The notes under the pieces were generated by a model. The model was not told the origin of the DNA. It saw only the letters and a list, made by a program, of their open reading frames with translations, and did no database searches. A DNA stretch of 64,000 bases from assembly GCF_006345805.1 (NCBI RefSeq), contig NC_043004.1, forward strand, positions 15,624,001 to 15,688,000. The letters run 5' to 3'. Source of the stretch: Octopus sinensis. Lineage: Eukaryota. Shown here in pieces: positions 1 to 12,211 of this stretch. Numbering within the stretch: the stretch's first letter is position 1; each line of letters begins with the position of its first letter. The position numbers were made by a program, and so were the translations under genes.

Positions 1-168
1 TTTGTTTTCAGTAGAAAATAATTTGAAAAAAGAAAAAAACTGAAAACAGAACGATTGAAACACCGGAAAGAAGTATATCATTGTTTTGACTGATTGTTCT
101 AAATTGAAAGCTTGTCACACAATTTCATTAAAATGGACGAACTCAGATATTATCAGTTATAGGCGAAG

Positions 169-376
169 GGCGGGGTGCTGGCAGAATCGTCAGCGCATTG
201 GACGAAAGGCTTCGCAGTATTTCGCCCGTCGCTACGTTCTGAGTTCAAATTCCGTCAAGCAGCTCACATGCGACCGATCAGCGTCCCGTCAGGTGGGGAA
301 ATTATACACCAATGGAACTGGGAAACCAGCCCTTATGATCCAAGCATGTCCCGAGAAGGAACAAACAACAACATGA
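169..376 (+). mobile_element. Chimeric SINE: family-B (Meta-domain type) head joined to an unrelated tail
   Basis: Head gctggcagaatcgtcagc...ctacgttctgagttcaaattccg resembles the array units at 29.6-30.9 kb. It then switches to a different sequence ending gaaggaacaaacaacaaca. Confidence 0.6.
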
Positions 377-510
377 GGCTGTAGGCTGGCGGTCGTTAGC
401 AAGCCCGCTAAAGAGTCTGTGTTAACGCTCTCAGTTCGAATTCGGCCACGATCGACTTTGATCGATAACATAAGTGCCAGTTGATCACTGCGGTCAGTGT
501 AACAATTTCT
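377..510 (+). mobile_element. Degenerate family-B SINE
   Basis: cgttagc...ctcagttcgaattcggccacgatcgactttg...taagtgccagttgatcactg aligns by eye to the family-B head and body. Confidence 0.55.
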
Positions 511-541
511 GCCAAGAGTAAATATAATTATTAATTATATA

Positions 542-665
542 AGCGCAGGCGCCGCCGTGTAGTAAGAAGCTTAATTCCTAAGCACATGCCTCCTACTACT
601 ATAGCCTCAGGCTGACCAAAGCTTTATCAGTGGATTTGGTAGACAGAAACAGAAAGAGGCCCGTC

Positions 666-722
<57 letters not shown>

Positions 723-1092
723 ACGTATTTGATGACTTCTAAGACGCACGAATGCATAGGACGCACCCTAGCCTACGCTACACTTTTGTAAAATAAATTA
801 CCACTAAAATAAAGTTTTAATTCCTCCACTTACCTGTATAACTATATGTTATTACCGGTAACTCTAAGCAAATTATTGCATCCTCATTCGATATAAACAC
901 ACCGTAGGCGATCGTTCACTAATATATGGCAGCACACGTTTTGTGAACATATATACGGCTTTGAGCGAGTTTTGAGCCTTCATTGAAAGCATTGGACGCA
1001 GGGGGTTTATAAAGTCATTTTGGGGTGAAAAAAAATACGATACATACACACACACACACACACATGTGTGTGTGTGTGTGTGTGTGTGTGTA

Positions 1093-1157
<65 letters not shown>

Positions 1158-1336
1158 CTGTTTGTCTTCCTACCTTCGCTTGGTAACCAATGTTGCCGTG
1201 TTTACGTCCCGCAACTTAGGGGTTCGGCAAAAGAGACGACAGAACAAGTTTTAGCCTTATAAAGAATGTTCTTGAGTCGATTTGTTCGACTAAAGGTGGT
1301 GCTCCAGCACGGCAGTAGTCAAACGGCAGAACAAGA
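542..1336 (+). mobile_element. Family-A tRNA-derived SINE split by a MITE and microsatellites
   Basis: Head/body at 542-667 (ctatagcctcaggctgaccaaagc...gatttggtagacagaaac). Tail at 1157-1336 (gtttacgtcccgcaacttag...ggtggtgctccagcacggc). Both match intact copies at 16171-16578 and 39811-40231. Confidence 0.8.
724..1039. mobile_element. Probable pogo/Tc1-mariner-class MITE, degenerate
   Basis: Left end cgtatttgatgacttctaagacgcac with a repeated (t/g)aagacgcac/aggacgcac motif. Right end ...aaaaatacg is complementary to cgtattt. Confidence 0.45.
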
Positions 1337-2254
1337 ATATACAAATTAATAAGCAGCGAATATGACAGTGCGTTTTGTCAAGTTAGCAAATTCATAGATC
1401 ATGCTACCAGTAATTGGTGTTATTTATTTCTTTATAACGTGACTATTTATAAGTGTTTTTTATAGGGAGTCTGGTAGAGTTTGGTGAATGTATGTGTTTC
1501 TGATAAGATTGATACATTATTCCACATTATTCTTCCCCTCTAATTAATTTTATTGTATCAATCGAAATATATGTCGGTGATATGGTGATATAAATTATTT
1601 AAATAGCACCTTGTGCGTCTGTCTCCCTTTTTAATTCCTCTTATGTTCTCCGAAACACGTCTCACTTCTCGGAATTACTAGCCATGCAAGTGTGCTAATT
1701 TCTTAGCCGTCTATGTGACGTTTGTTTACCCTGGTAACTATTCCTCTGGGTCTTTCTTTAAAGCAGTCTCCATTAATGCCAGAACTTGGGAGAAAGAGCA
1801 CACTAACGACACACTCGGTGAGAGAATTCTAATGAAACAAATACTTATTTTAGCAGGGATTAAGATGGATCTGGAAGAGAGAAAGACACAAGGCGTCTGA
1901 ACAATATTCGTTAATATGTCCTCACACGGTTTTGTCGGTGCCTCTGTTCAACAGTGTTACAAATTAAGGATGTGTCATTAAAAGTAGAACATTACATTTG
2001 GGACACAGAACATAGTTGCTTCTAACAAGTCGTACACGATTACCAGTGAGAACCAAGAAGATGTTAAAACTTCACGCTAAGAAGAATACGAGTAGCTTAA
2101 ATGTACTCGATTCTAGGACTTGAATTATCTCACTAAATTGAGCATTCTTCTGGTGGATGTTTATCCCATTAAATGCTTCACTCTCTCCAGAGATAATTCA
2201 TTCGAATCATAAGTTTTGAAGCTTAAAGCCGTGAAAGCTGGAGGTATTCCCACA

Positions 2255-2275
2255 CACACAGATGCACACACACAC

Positions 2276-2373
<98 letters not shown>

Positions 2374-2513
2374 CATATATATATATACATATTTATACAT
2401 ATATATATATAGATAGATAGATAGATAGATATATACATATATAGATATACATATACATATACATGTACATATATATAAATACATATACATACACATATAT
2501 ATATACATATATA

Positions 2514-2549
<36 letters not shown>

Positions 2550-2712
2550 TGCATGTATGCATGTATGTATTTAATATGCATATATCTACACGTATACACT
2601 GCTATACAATGATACGTATATGTGTATATACACACACAATACATACATATATATGTATGTGTGCGTGTGTATGAATGTAATATATATACACGCACACGAA
2701 CACACAAATACA
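2255..2712. repeat. Compound microsatellite (CA/TA/GATA/TATG)
   Basis: Seen directly in the sequence. Confidence 0.95.
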
Positions 2713-3565
2713 CATCTATATAAAGATATGACAGCTTAGAATATAATTCTCGAGTGAGAAATGTATTGGAGAACCTACTTATATGTCATGATTTATGACA
2801 CAATATTTCACCTCGTCGTAGCAAACGTGATATACTGCTATCGGGATATTAAATCTTAGGAGATTCTCTCTCATCACTATGTAACTTAAATGAATTCTAT
2901 GGCAGATATATTTCCCCATACACTTTAGAGAACTTCTGCGTTATAAAAGATTCTATCACCCATAGTCGAGCCACCTCATTCAAAAGCAGAAGAAACAGCA
3001 TTTGGAAATTATACCAAGAGCTCAAATACAGCCGCAGTGGAGGATAAAATAGCTTTAGCAGCGTTATGATTAACATCTTTAGGAATTCTAAGTCTCACTT
3101 GTACTACTCCTTTAGTGCATAGCTTTTTCTTACTACTTTATATATTATAGAGAGTTGTTCCGCTCTATTTATTTCCTAACGGTGTTACTATACCTGCAGT
3201 GCACGTACCCTTCATTATTTTGGATATATCATGAGTCAATATATATAAAAATGCGTATATACATTTATGTATACATAGATATATAAACATATATATGTAT
3301 CTGTGTCATCCAGTTATATTTTAAGAGTTCTTTCCAATAGAGAAAGAGCTAGGATCTAATCTAACCTAGATCTAAGTCTCCTTCATCGGAATTCAAACAT
3401 CAACAACATGGTATTTTGTATGCATGAATGTATGTATGTATGTATGTATGTATGTATGTATGTATGTATGTATGTATGTATGTGTGTGTGTATGTATGTG
3501 TGTAAGTATGTATGTATATGTGCAGCATTGTATGTTTTGTTTTATGTAAGTATTCTCATGGAATG

Positions 3566-3948
3566 GAAGCACTCCGTCGGTTACGACGACGAGAGTTCCA
3601 GTTGATCCGAATCAACGGAACAGCCTGCTCGTGAAATTAACGTGTAAGTGGCTGAGCACTCCACAGACACGTGTACCCATAACGTAGTTCTCGGGGATAT
3701 TCAGCGTGACACAGAGAGTGACAAGGTCGGCCCTTTGAAATACAGGTACAACTGAAACAGTAAGTAACAGTGAGAGAAAGTTGTGGTGAAAGAGTACAGC
3801 AGGGATCACCACCATCCCCTGCCGGAGCCGCGTGGGGCTTTAGGTGTTTTCGCTCAATAAACACTCACAACGCCCGGTCTGGGAATCGAAACCGCGATCC
3901 TATGACCGCGAGTCCGCTGCCCTAACCACTGGGTCATTGCGCCTCCAC
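3566..3948 (-). mobile_element. Family-D tRNA-derived SINE, near full length
   Basis: Minus-strand head gtggaggcgcaatgacccagtggttagggcagcggactcgcgg...ggtttcgattccc with A/B boxes. Tail ends ctcgtcgtcgtaaccgacggagtgc. A second copy lies at 57778-58124. Confidence 0.9.
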
Positions 3949-4944
3949 TGTATTCTCATACATATAGTTGCATATCTAGACATGCTCATATATAGTTAAA
4001 TGATAAACTGGAATCTTTGACAGATTTTTACAGTTCCATTGATGGATTGTATCTGTAGTCTTCGAAGCAGCTTTACCCTTTCTGGTTTTGAGAAGCCTAA
4101 TTTCACAACATTGTTATTTAAGCAGTGTGTTACATAGCCAGTGCCCCACTAATTATTGTTATAAACCAGACCATGTAATCTGAATAGAGTAACTGCAAAT
4201 TTCTCAATAGTTCAACGTAGGTATTCTATTTTAAGTATGTATGTGTGTATGTATGTATGTATGTATGTATGTATGTATGTATGTATGTATGTATGTATGT
4301 ATGCATGCATGCTTGTATGTATGCATGTATGTAAGCTTATACTGATATGCTATCACGATGGTGTGAGATTAGCGTTCCAAGCTTCCTTCTAGGTTTAGTT
4401 TGGCAGAGTATATTCAAGATATGTATTCTACCGTGTATGTGTATAGGTCTACGTTATCATCGAACTTACAGGGTCTTATTTTACGTGTGTTATACAAGAC
4501 AACAACTCACTCTTATGAGCACATACACTCAATATGTTCCTTCATTTACCATCTTTCCAACAGAGCACATAGGAAACTGCAAAGAGCACTAAGTTATTAA
4601 ACAACTCAGCATTACTCATTCATGGCCACTGGAATGGGAATAAGTTTTCACACCTTAAACTGATCCTGGCAGATATACCATCTTGAAATTGCTTGGTTAC
4701 CTCTAGGCACTTGACATCAATACTTACTCAGAGTAGGCAATCGGTGACCTTTAAGCAGTAAAACACACACAAAATATAAGCGAAACAGACGTGCGACTGA
4801 GTTGAAGGCGGATTTACTTCTGTCTTTATAGGACGTAAAGAAAACGTTGTTGTAGAAGTGAATACTGCACCTGTACTGCAGCACTTCAATGCGTATCTTA
4901 AATACCGAGATTGAAAAGCAGGGACGAATTATGCCTTACTAATT

Positions 4945-4997
<53 letters not shown>

Positions 4998-5219
4998 TGC
5001 ATTTTATGCACACTAATCAGAGTGACCTTCCTAATTTTATTTAATTAGGTACATATTTTGCTATCGATCTCTTTTATTTAAGGTACGCATTGCCTACCTT
5101 CCTACCTAGCCGGCATGTCCCTGATATATATATATATAAAAGATGATTTTTTTCGAACGCAGAATTGCCGTTAGAACAGCAGAAGTACTGAGTAAATGAC
5201 CCTTGCAGGGCAGAAGAAA

Positions 5220-5305
5220 TTGTCAACAAACAATCATGGGACTCGAATTCACCCAGACTCCGGCAGATAACTTTACCAATAAGCTACACTGCCTACTGAC
5301 AAAAC
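5220..5305 (-). mobile_element. tRNA-like SINE head relic
   Basis: Minus strand has tagcttattggtaaag (A-box-like) and gaattcgagtccc (B-box-like). Confidence 0.45.
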
Positions 5306-5469
5306 CATCCATAGTTTTACTTGCTATATATATAGCTAATTAAAGAACTACGGATATATAATTATAAACAAACAATTGTTTTTTTCATAGGCTCCGAAAT
5401 TGTATATATATATATATTTTTAGTGAATTGAAGAAATGGAGTTGAACGAAGATTGAACAGAAATCGTTT

Positions 5470-5562
5470 TATTTCATTCTACACGTGTTTCGAAAGGCAC
5501 AATTTACCAAATTCCGATTGAATAATGAGACCATATTGTGTCTTTCTCTTCAGGAAGAAATA
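5470..5562 (-). ncRNA. Minimal type I hammerhead ribozyme (Penelope-LTR type)
   Basis: Minus strand reads stem I uauuucuuc, CUGAAGA, stem II gaaagacacaau...auugugccuuuc (11/12 bp), GAAAC-ACGU-GUA, stem I' gaaugaaaua. All core nucleotides are present and the stem III is palindromic (ACACGUGU). Confidence 0.85.
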
Positions 5563-5773
5563 GGAAATCCGTTGGAAAAAACAAAAACAGAACAGAGGCG
5601 GAGCAAAACAAATCGAACTAGGCTCCTAAGAGCCCATGGCCAAACTGTTTGTCAGTGTATGTTGAAAACGGGTGGTGGGTGCGTTGAAGATTTTAACGGG
5701 TCAGGCAGCGGTCATTTCGGTGGGTGAGGGCACGGGGTGTGTAGATGTTCTTTGTGACCGAGAGTAAAGTTCT

Positions 5774-5848
<75 letters not shown>

Positions 5849-5849
<1 letters not shown>

Positions 5850-6065
5850 TATTGTGTCTGGGGAGAGTAATTTTCTTTTTGTACCATAATATTTAACACA
5901 CTCACCGGTAAAATTTCCACTAGAGAGTCAAGACTATTGAAAAGGTTACAAGACGCAACAAAAATTGTAGGACAATAAAAGTATGAAAAAAAAGTGGAAA
6001 TTTTACCGGTGAGTGTGTTAAATAATAAGGCACAAAAAGAAAATGACTCTCCCCAGACACAATAG
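5849..6065. repeat. Long inverted repeat, 73-bp arms
   Basis: 5849-5921 is the reverse complement of 5993-6065 with 4 mismatches. Confidence 0.95.
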
Positions 6066-6862
6066 AATATTCTTCAACACATGAACACATATAAAGAATC
6101 TTGCAAACCAAATCCCAAAACGAAATACACACACACCACACACACAGACACACACTCACACACACACACACGCGCACACACACATATATATATATTTCTT
6201 TTTTCTTTTTCATTTTCCAGTTTTCCAACATTCCCCTTTTCATATCTACTTCTTTTCCACATTTCATTCGCTTTTTCTCCCAATCTATCCTCACATTTTT
6301 AGTTTGTTATGCCATGTCAGCAGTGTCTTAAGATTGCACTAGAACACTGGACGTGTTTAAAATAGTGCCTGGCAATTTCTCGGCACATGAAACTAGTTGT
6401 AGTACATAAAAGCATATGTTGCATTTATTTAATAATAAATACGCGTCAGGGACCTGCCGCCCGGTTAGACAATGTAAGCAGTGCCTACTTTGAATAAAAT
6501 AATTCGATAGCAACATTTTCCTCTTATGACAAAATATGCACTTAATTCAATAAAATTATGAAGGTTAGTTTGATTGCTATGCATAAAAGGCAAAATGCTT
6601 TATTTTTTTGTAGTTGCGGTAGGGATAATTCGCCCTTGCTTTTCTATCTCAGGATTTAAGCTACCCATAGTATTACTGTAGTACACGTGCTCCGTACATT
6701 TCTCCAACACTATTTTCTTTGTGTGCTATAAAGACAGAAATGGATATGCTTTCATCTCAGTCATGTACATTTGTTTCGCTAATTTTATGTGTTTTACTAC
6801 ATAAAGGTCGCCAACTACCTACCCCGAGTAATTACTGGCGGTACGTGCCTAATATATATATA

Positions 6863-6930
<68 letters not shown>

Positions 6931-8327
6931 GTGCTTATGTTTGTGCGTGTTTTATATGTAGTATTACCAAAGCTGTTGTAAAGTGATTGTTCATGCAATT
7001 ACTGCTTATAGTCATCTCATCTTCGTTTTCCTGTATATTTTGAATCTGTACGTAAAATTTCTCTGTCTCCCTCGTTTGCAGTTGATACCATGACCATAAT
7101 GCAATAGTTATCAATAAACTGAAATGTTATCAAAACGTATGCACTATAACTAAAACATGAATTTCTATACGGCATTATTGAATAAAAATGAATTATAAAA
7201 AAGCAAGTATGTTTATCTTCACCTTAACGTGGTTGTTCTGTAAGTGACGACGATCCTACCGTTTTAACCCTAAGAAGACATCTTCTCAAGCTGGTTTATT
7301 CAATGCGCTTTCTGCATTCGATATATATATTGCAAACGGGAAATAACTCCTTCCATCCTAGCTTTGACACCACCAGGTCACGTATTTTCGACCATATCGG
7401 ATCTCTTAAGTGCCGGGCACTCGTTTTTCAGGCATGGCAGTAGTTTAACCTCTCTGTCATTATACAGAAGTTACATTTTCATGCAATCACAAATTTTGTA
7501 ACTAGGAACGTAGTCTATTACAAAATATCTGTTAAAGATAGAATCAGTATACGAACCCAAATTAGTATTTATCCCCACATTAGTATGGGTCTTTTCTAAT
7601 AAAAAAAACTCCAATGACTTGCGTAAAATGTGAAGAAAAAGCACTTCATTTGAAGAATGATTATATGTTTTTCTTTACAAAGTTACATACAGCCGCTGTG
7701 TTATCGTTCTGGAATATATTAAATTACAATAAAAAAGAAACATTGGTACACTAAAAACTCACATACATGCGACCAACAATGACGTAAAGAGGGGTTAATA
7801 TTGGATTGAATGACTGGTGATTTTTAAAAATTCATAATGGCAGGAAGTGTCAAACGCTAAGACTCATGTCTTAATCAGAACTTTAAAAGATGGAATAATA
7901 AACTACAAGTTCATTATTTTCCTCCTGTATATCTGTCAATCTATCAATTGCTCCTTTTTAAAATTCAAAACAGAAAAATTTAGAATAAATGGATAGAGCA
8001 AAATGGAATTATATCCAACAAAATTCAGTCAACAAACTTACGGTGTTGATTTTAAAGAACGCTGATTGTGGTTGACGGACGGAAACCTGAGAAACTTTTT
8101 ATGGCTACTGAAGAAGACATTAAGATGAACTTCTTAGACTAAAAGTAAGACAAAAATAAGAAACTAAATGCACAATATACAGGACAGGAAAGTAGACAAA
8201 AATGCTACCCCTCACTTAAATGAATACATTGTACTAGCGCTAATAAGGGAATAAGTGCAGACAAGGGGCTGTAAGTATAAGGGAACGATGAGATGTTAGA
8301 TAAGTAAAGAAAGAAAAGAAAGTGGTA

Positions 8328-8554
8328 TACTCTTTACTCTTTACTCTTTTACTTGTTTCAGCCATTTGAACGCGGCCATGCTGGAGCACCGTCTTTAGTC
8401 GAGCATATACTTTGGAAGCCTAGTACTTATTTTATCGGTCTTTTTTGCCGAACCGCTAAGTTGCGGGGACGTAAACATACCAGCATCGGTTGTCAAGCGA
8501 TGTTGGGGGTAGAAACACAGACACACAAACATACACACACACACATATATATAT

Positions 8555-8593
<39 letters not shown>

Positions 8594-8951
8594 TAATCCA
8601 AACATGAACGCACAAAAAACACAACAATGAGAGGACGTGGAACAAATATAGTATTATTGGACGCTCGGAAAGAAGGAAAAAAGGAGGGTTTAAGGTTTCG
8701 AGCGGAGCTCTTCGTCGGAAACATAGGAGAAGGAAAGATCCAGAGAAGGGAAGACAGAGGAAAAACATCGCCAACGGTACACACACGGGACGAGCTTCTT
8801 TAAGTTTTCGACTACCAAATCCATTCACATGGCTTTGGTCGGCGCGTGACTATAATAGAAGACACTTGCTCAAGGTGCCACGCAGTGGGACTGAATCCGG
8901 AACCATTTGGTTGATAAGCAAGCTACTTACCATGCAGCCACTCCTACGCCT
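8328..8951 (-). mobile_element. Family-A SINE with a PLE-like module inserted in its internal microsatellite
   Basis: Tail at 8328-8530 and head at 8788-8951 match other family-A copies. An unrelated insert occupies 8589-8787. Confidence 0.9.
8589..8787 (-). mobile_element. ~200-bp PLE pseudo-LTR-like module with a minimal hammerhead-like motif
   Basis: Minus strand 8722-8688: guuu CCGACGA agagc-ucc-gcuc GAAAC cuu aaac. The same layout occurs at 23.35, 27.9 and 37.2 kb. Confidence 0.6.
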
Positions 8952-10329
8952 ATAGAACACGAAAACAGTGGGTGTGACAATAACAATGATAACGTTCACC
9001 AAGCCGATGAAATGAAACTTGGAAACGATTATGTTGATAAAGAGGAAGAAATGTATTCGAAGAGCAGAAATTGGAAATATAACAAAGAGCAGATTTGCTT
9101 GCAATTTGTTGCACTGTAAGGTGTAAGAATATTCAGGCATTTCAAAGTCTCTTTTCGCCGATCAATATTTGACTAATCCGTTGAAAGACTGGTTTCGTAA
9201 ACTGCTGTCATTCCACTTGTCAAACAATCTTACTGTCATCATTAAACTCTGCCGGATTCTATCGCCAGTGTGACGAACAAAGACTTTCATTACTTTCCGC
9301 TTCCATATTTGCTCTTCAAGTTATGAACTATGATTGATTTAAGTTTATGATTACAATCTGATAAAAATATTTCGGTGGTAATGCAATGCGAGTTTATACC
9401 CTGAGTAGATATACGACTTATTCTTCATAGAAAATACCTGAAAACTGATGTGTGAATCTATAACCCAAATCTGCAAAAAGACCGAGTGGAACATACTCAT
9501 ATATAAGTGAACGAGCAAATATGGATAATGGCAATAGACGACGCTCTGTCAGTCGCCTATTAGTGCATAATCTTTTTATTCGCTCACTGACCTCACCTGC
9601 ACTTCTATGTATCAAAGAATCTTTATAATTAAAGAGAAGAAAAGAAAATATAGCAATCCCTTCCTTTCATCGCAGCGTGTGTAGTTTGCTGAAAAAATCT
9701 AATTACGGATTCATGCGTAAAATCAATAGCAAGTCAAGCTATACACTCCGTCGATTTTATGACGAGATATTATCCATTAATATCCGGCTAGAAAAATCAA
9801 TCCCAAACGTTTCATTTATACAATTTCGTCTAGAGATTACTTTTTTCTGCTTCATACTAATTACGATTTTTATGCAGAAGTACAAGGTCAGACAAGTTTA
9901 CTACGTATTTGGAGGCAGGATACCACACAATTCCTTCCCAGGGTAGAAAATTGCGAGGTTTTAACCGAGAGATAAAATTGCCATGTTTATTAGTATTAAA
10001 ATGCTTCCACATTTAGTAAAATTCTCAAACTCATTAGTGAAGTAAGACTTATTGTGATTCAAAATGTATTTTGTCCCCCTATTAACAGAAAGATGAAGGA
10101 TGCCGCCATTTTTCAGAAATATTTCAGTGGGTATGCTACTATTTGATAAATAACTAGTATTTTAGTCTATACATCCAGCCACGCGTTATACAAACACATG
10201 TATTTCAGCGGCTGAAATTCTGAAGGCCAAGTTGATCACTTGAGAACCTGTTCTTACTTTATTAGAGAAAGATTGCAGCATTTTCTAATACACTTTCTGT
10301 GCAAGCTTCCCTGTTCGACACATCATCGG

Positions 10330-10536
10330 GCTTGCAGTATCGTTAACACGCTGGACGAAAGGCTTAACGGTATTTCACCCGATGCTACGTTCTGAGATCA
10401 AATTCCGCTGAGGTCTACTTTGCCAACATCCTTTCAGTATCGAGAAATTTAGTACCATTGAAGTACTGAGGTCGATGCGCTCGACTACTCCCCTCCCCTC
10501 TATTTCAGGCCTTGTGTCTATTGTAGAAACGATTAT
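10330..10536 (+). mobile_element. Family-B SINE with alternative tail (tail 2)
   Basis: ctacgttctgagatcaaattccgctgaggtc body. Tail cccctcccctctatttcaggccttgtgtctattgtag resembles the last array unit at 30725-30890. Confidence 0.8.
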
Positions 10537-11117
10537 CTCTGCTATTACGAATGTTATTGCTGCCCTTGCCATTGTTCTGGGCATTTGCTGTTTTTGTTGA
10601 TGGAAATGTTGTTGCTATTGAAATAGTTCTTTTATTCGCTTATCAGCTTCTCCTTCTCATTGCCACAGGTGGAAGTGGAACTGGTATAAGGATCTTCAAG
10701 TAGGTGGAATCACTACTATTCCGTGTTGTAGTCAAAATAATTTAATTCCTTTCCGACTACATCATACAGTTTGTCTCATTTTTGTTAAAGAATAAAACTT
10801 ACGACAGATAAGATCTTTCGTTATGAGACAGCTGCAGCAAGGTGGCCCACTTAATGTTCCCTCTCTTCACACAGTATTTGTGTGTATATATATATACATA
10901 TGTGTGTGTGTGTGTGTGTGTGCATGTGCGTGTGTGTGTATGCATGCATGTATGAATGTATGTATGAATCTATGCATATAAAGATACGAAGGTATGCATG
11001 CGTTATGTATTCTATATTTGATTGTATGCAAGCATCTAAGTTACACCTACATATAATCATACATGCATGAAACACATGCACGCACACACAGACACACACA
11101 CACACACATTTATATAT

Positions 11118-11520
11118 GACTAAACCCTTAGAAATTTATCTAACCAGAAAAATTTGTACCATATTAGATGATGTAAATATCAGGAACATACGACTTATAG
11201 AACTCAAAGGATTTTTGCTCAATCAAAAATACTTTCTCCTACTTATAGAAAATAGCATACAACGAGCAAAAGAGATAGGTATAGAACAACATTAGGCAAC
11301 ACAAGAAAGACGAATCCATCAACGGAACACAATACCATTTCTAGCAACACTCAATCTGTATCACCAAAACAACTTTATCATCATCAAAACAAATTTGCTA
11401 ATCATGTGACAAAGAGAAACATTAAAGAAAAACATAACTAATCAAGCACTTATCTTAAGCACACAGGTAACCACATAACCCAAAGAAACTATTAACAATG
11501 GCAACATTCAGCATGACCAA
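11118..11520 (+). pseudogene. Penelope-like element RT thumb/linker fragment
   Basis: Translation PLEIYLTRKICTILDDVNIRNIRLIELKGFLLNQKYFLLLIENSIQRAKEIG...NTIPFLATLN, with stops. It resembles the PLE C-terminal RT region (LxRRIC..., L..Q.YP..LI...I.RA, IPF...HNP). Confidence 0.7.
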
Positions 11521-11772
11521 AAAGGATAAAATATTTGCAGTATCCACGTGTAATGATAACAGATATGGAACGTATCAATACATGCATACTAGTAGATCCA
11601 TTAGAACAAAAAATGCTCAAATTTTCAGAAGTGCAGATATGAACCTGCAAAAGCGGTAATTTCATCTACTGCATTAAATGCCGCAATTGCAAGGAACTAT
11701 ATATTGACGAGAAAGGAAATGCATTATCGGAAAGCTCAACAGTTCACAGACAACAAATCCGGACCACCAATG

Positions 11773-11807
<35 letters not shown>

Positions 11808-12211
11808 ATGTGTATGCACATATACACTCACGCACTGACATATATATATAAGCATTAGCGTTTGCACATACAAAGAGTATGCGTTTTCCTTATGGGCCCA
11901 ATGTGCTTGCTGTAGCATAGCATCCCCTATAATCTCCGTACACACGCCGTGTTTTAAAGAACACCCGATTGTCACAGACAAGGGAAGACAACTCAGCTCG
12001 GTGTTGAAGAGAATTATGCATACTGATATTTTGCCATTATCGTTACTAATCAATATCATGTAATTGGATCATCTCGAAATGAATTGAATAGCTGTTCGAT
12101 AGTTTATATGCAAATGGAATAAAATCTATTTGCTGATGTACTGCGGCGAAGTAATTTCTGAAAGCAAATTTAACTACATAGTATTATCAGGGTCAGAAAA
12201 TGAAAACATTA

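Noticed and set aside
3880-3948. tRNA-like sequence with A and B boxes (also at other SINE heads)
   Set aside because: It continues into a SINE body and lacks a complete cloverleaf, so it is a SINE head rather than a tRNA gene.
4327-4760. Possible decayed CR1/L2-type LINE 3' end
   Set aside because: Only a vague compositional resemblance. I could not recover a diagnostic motif.
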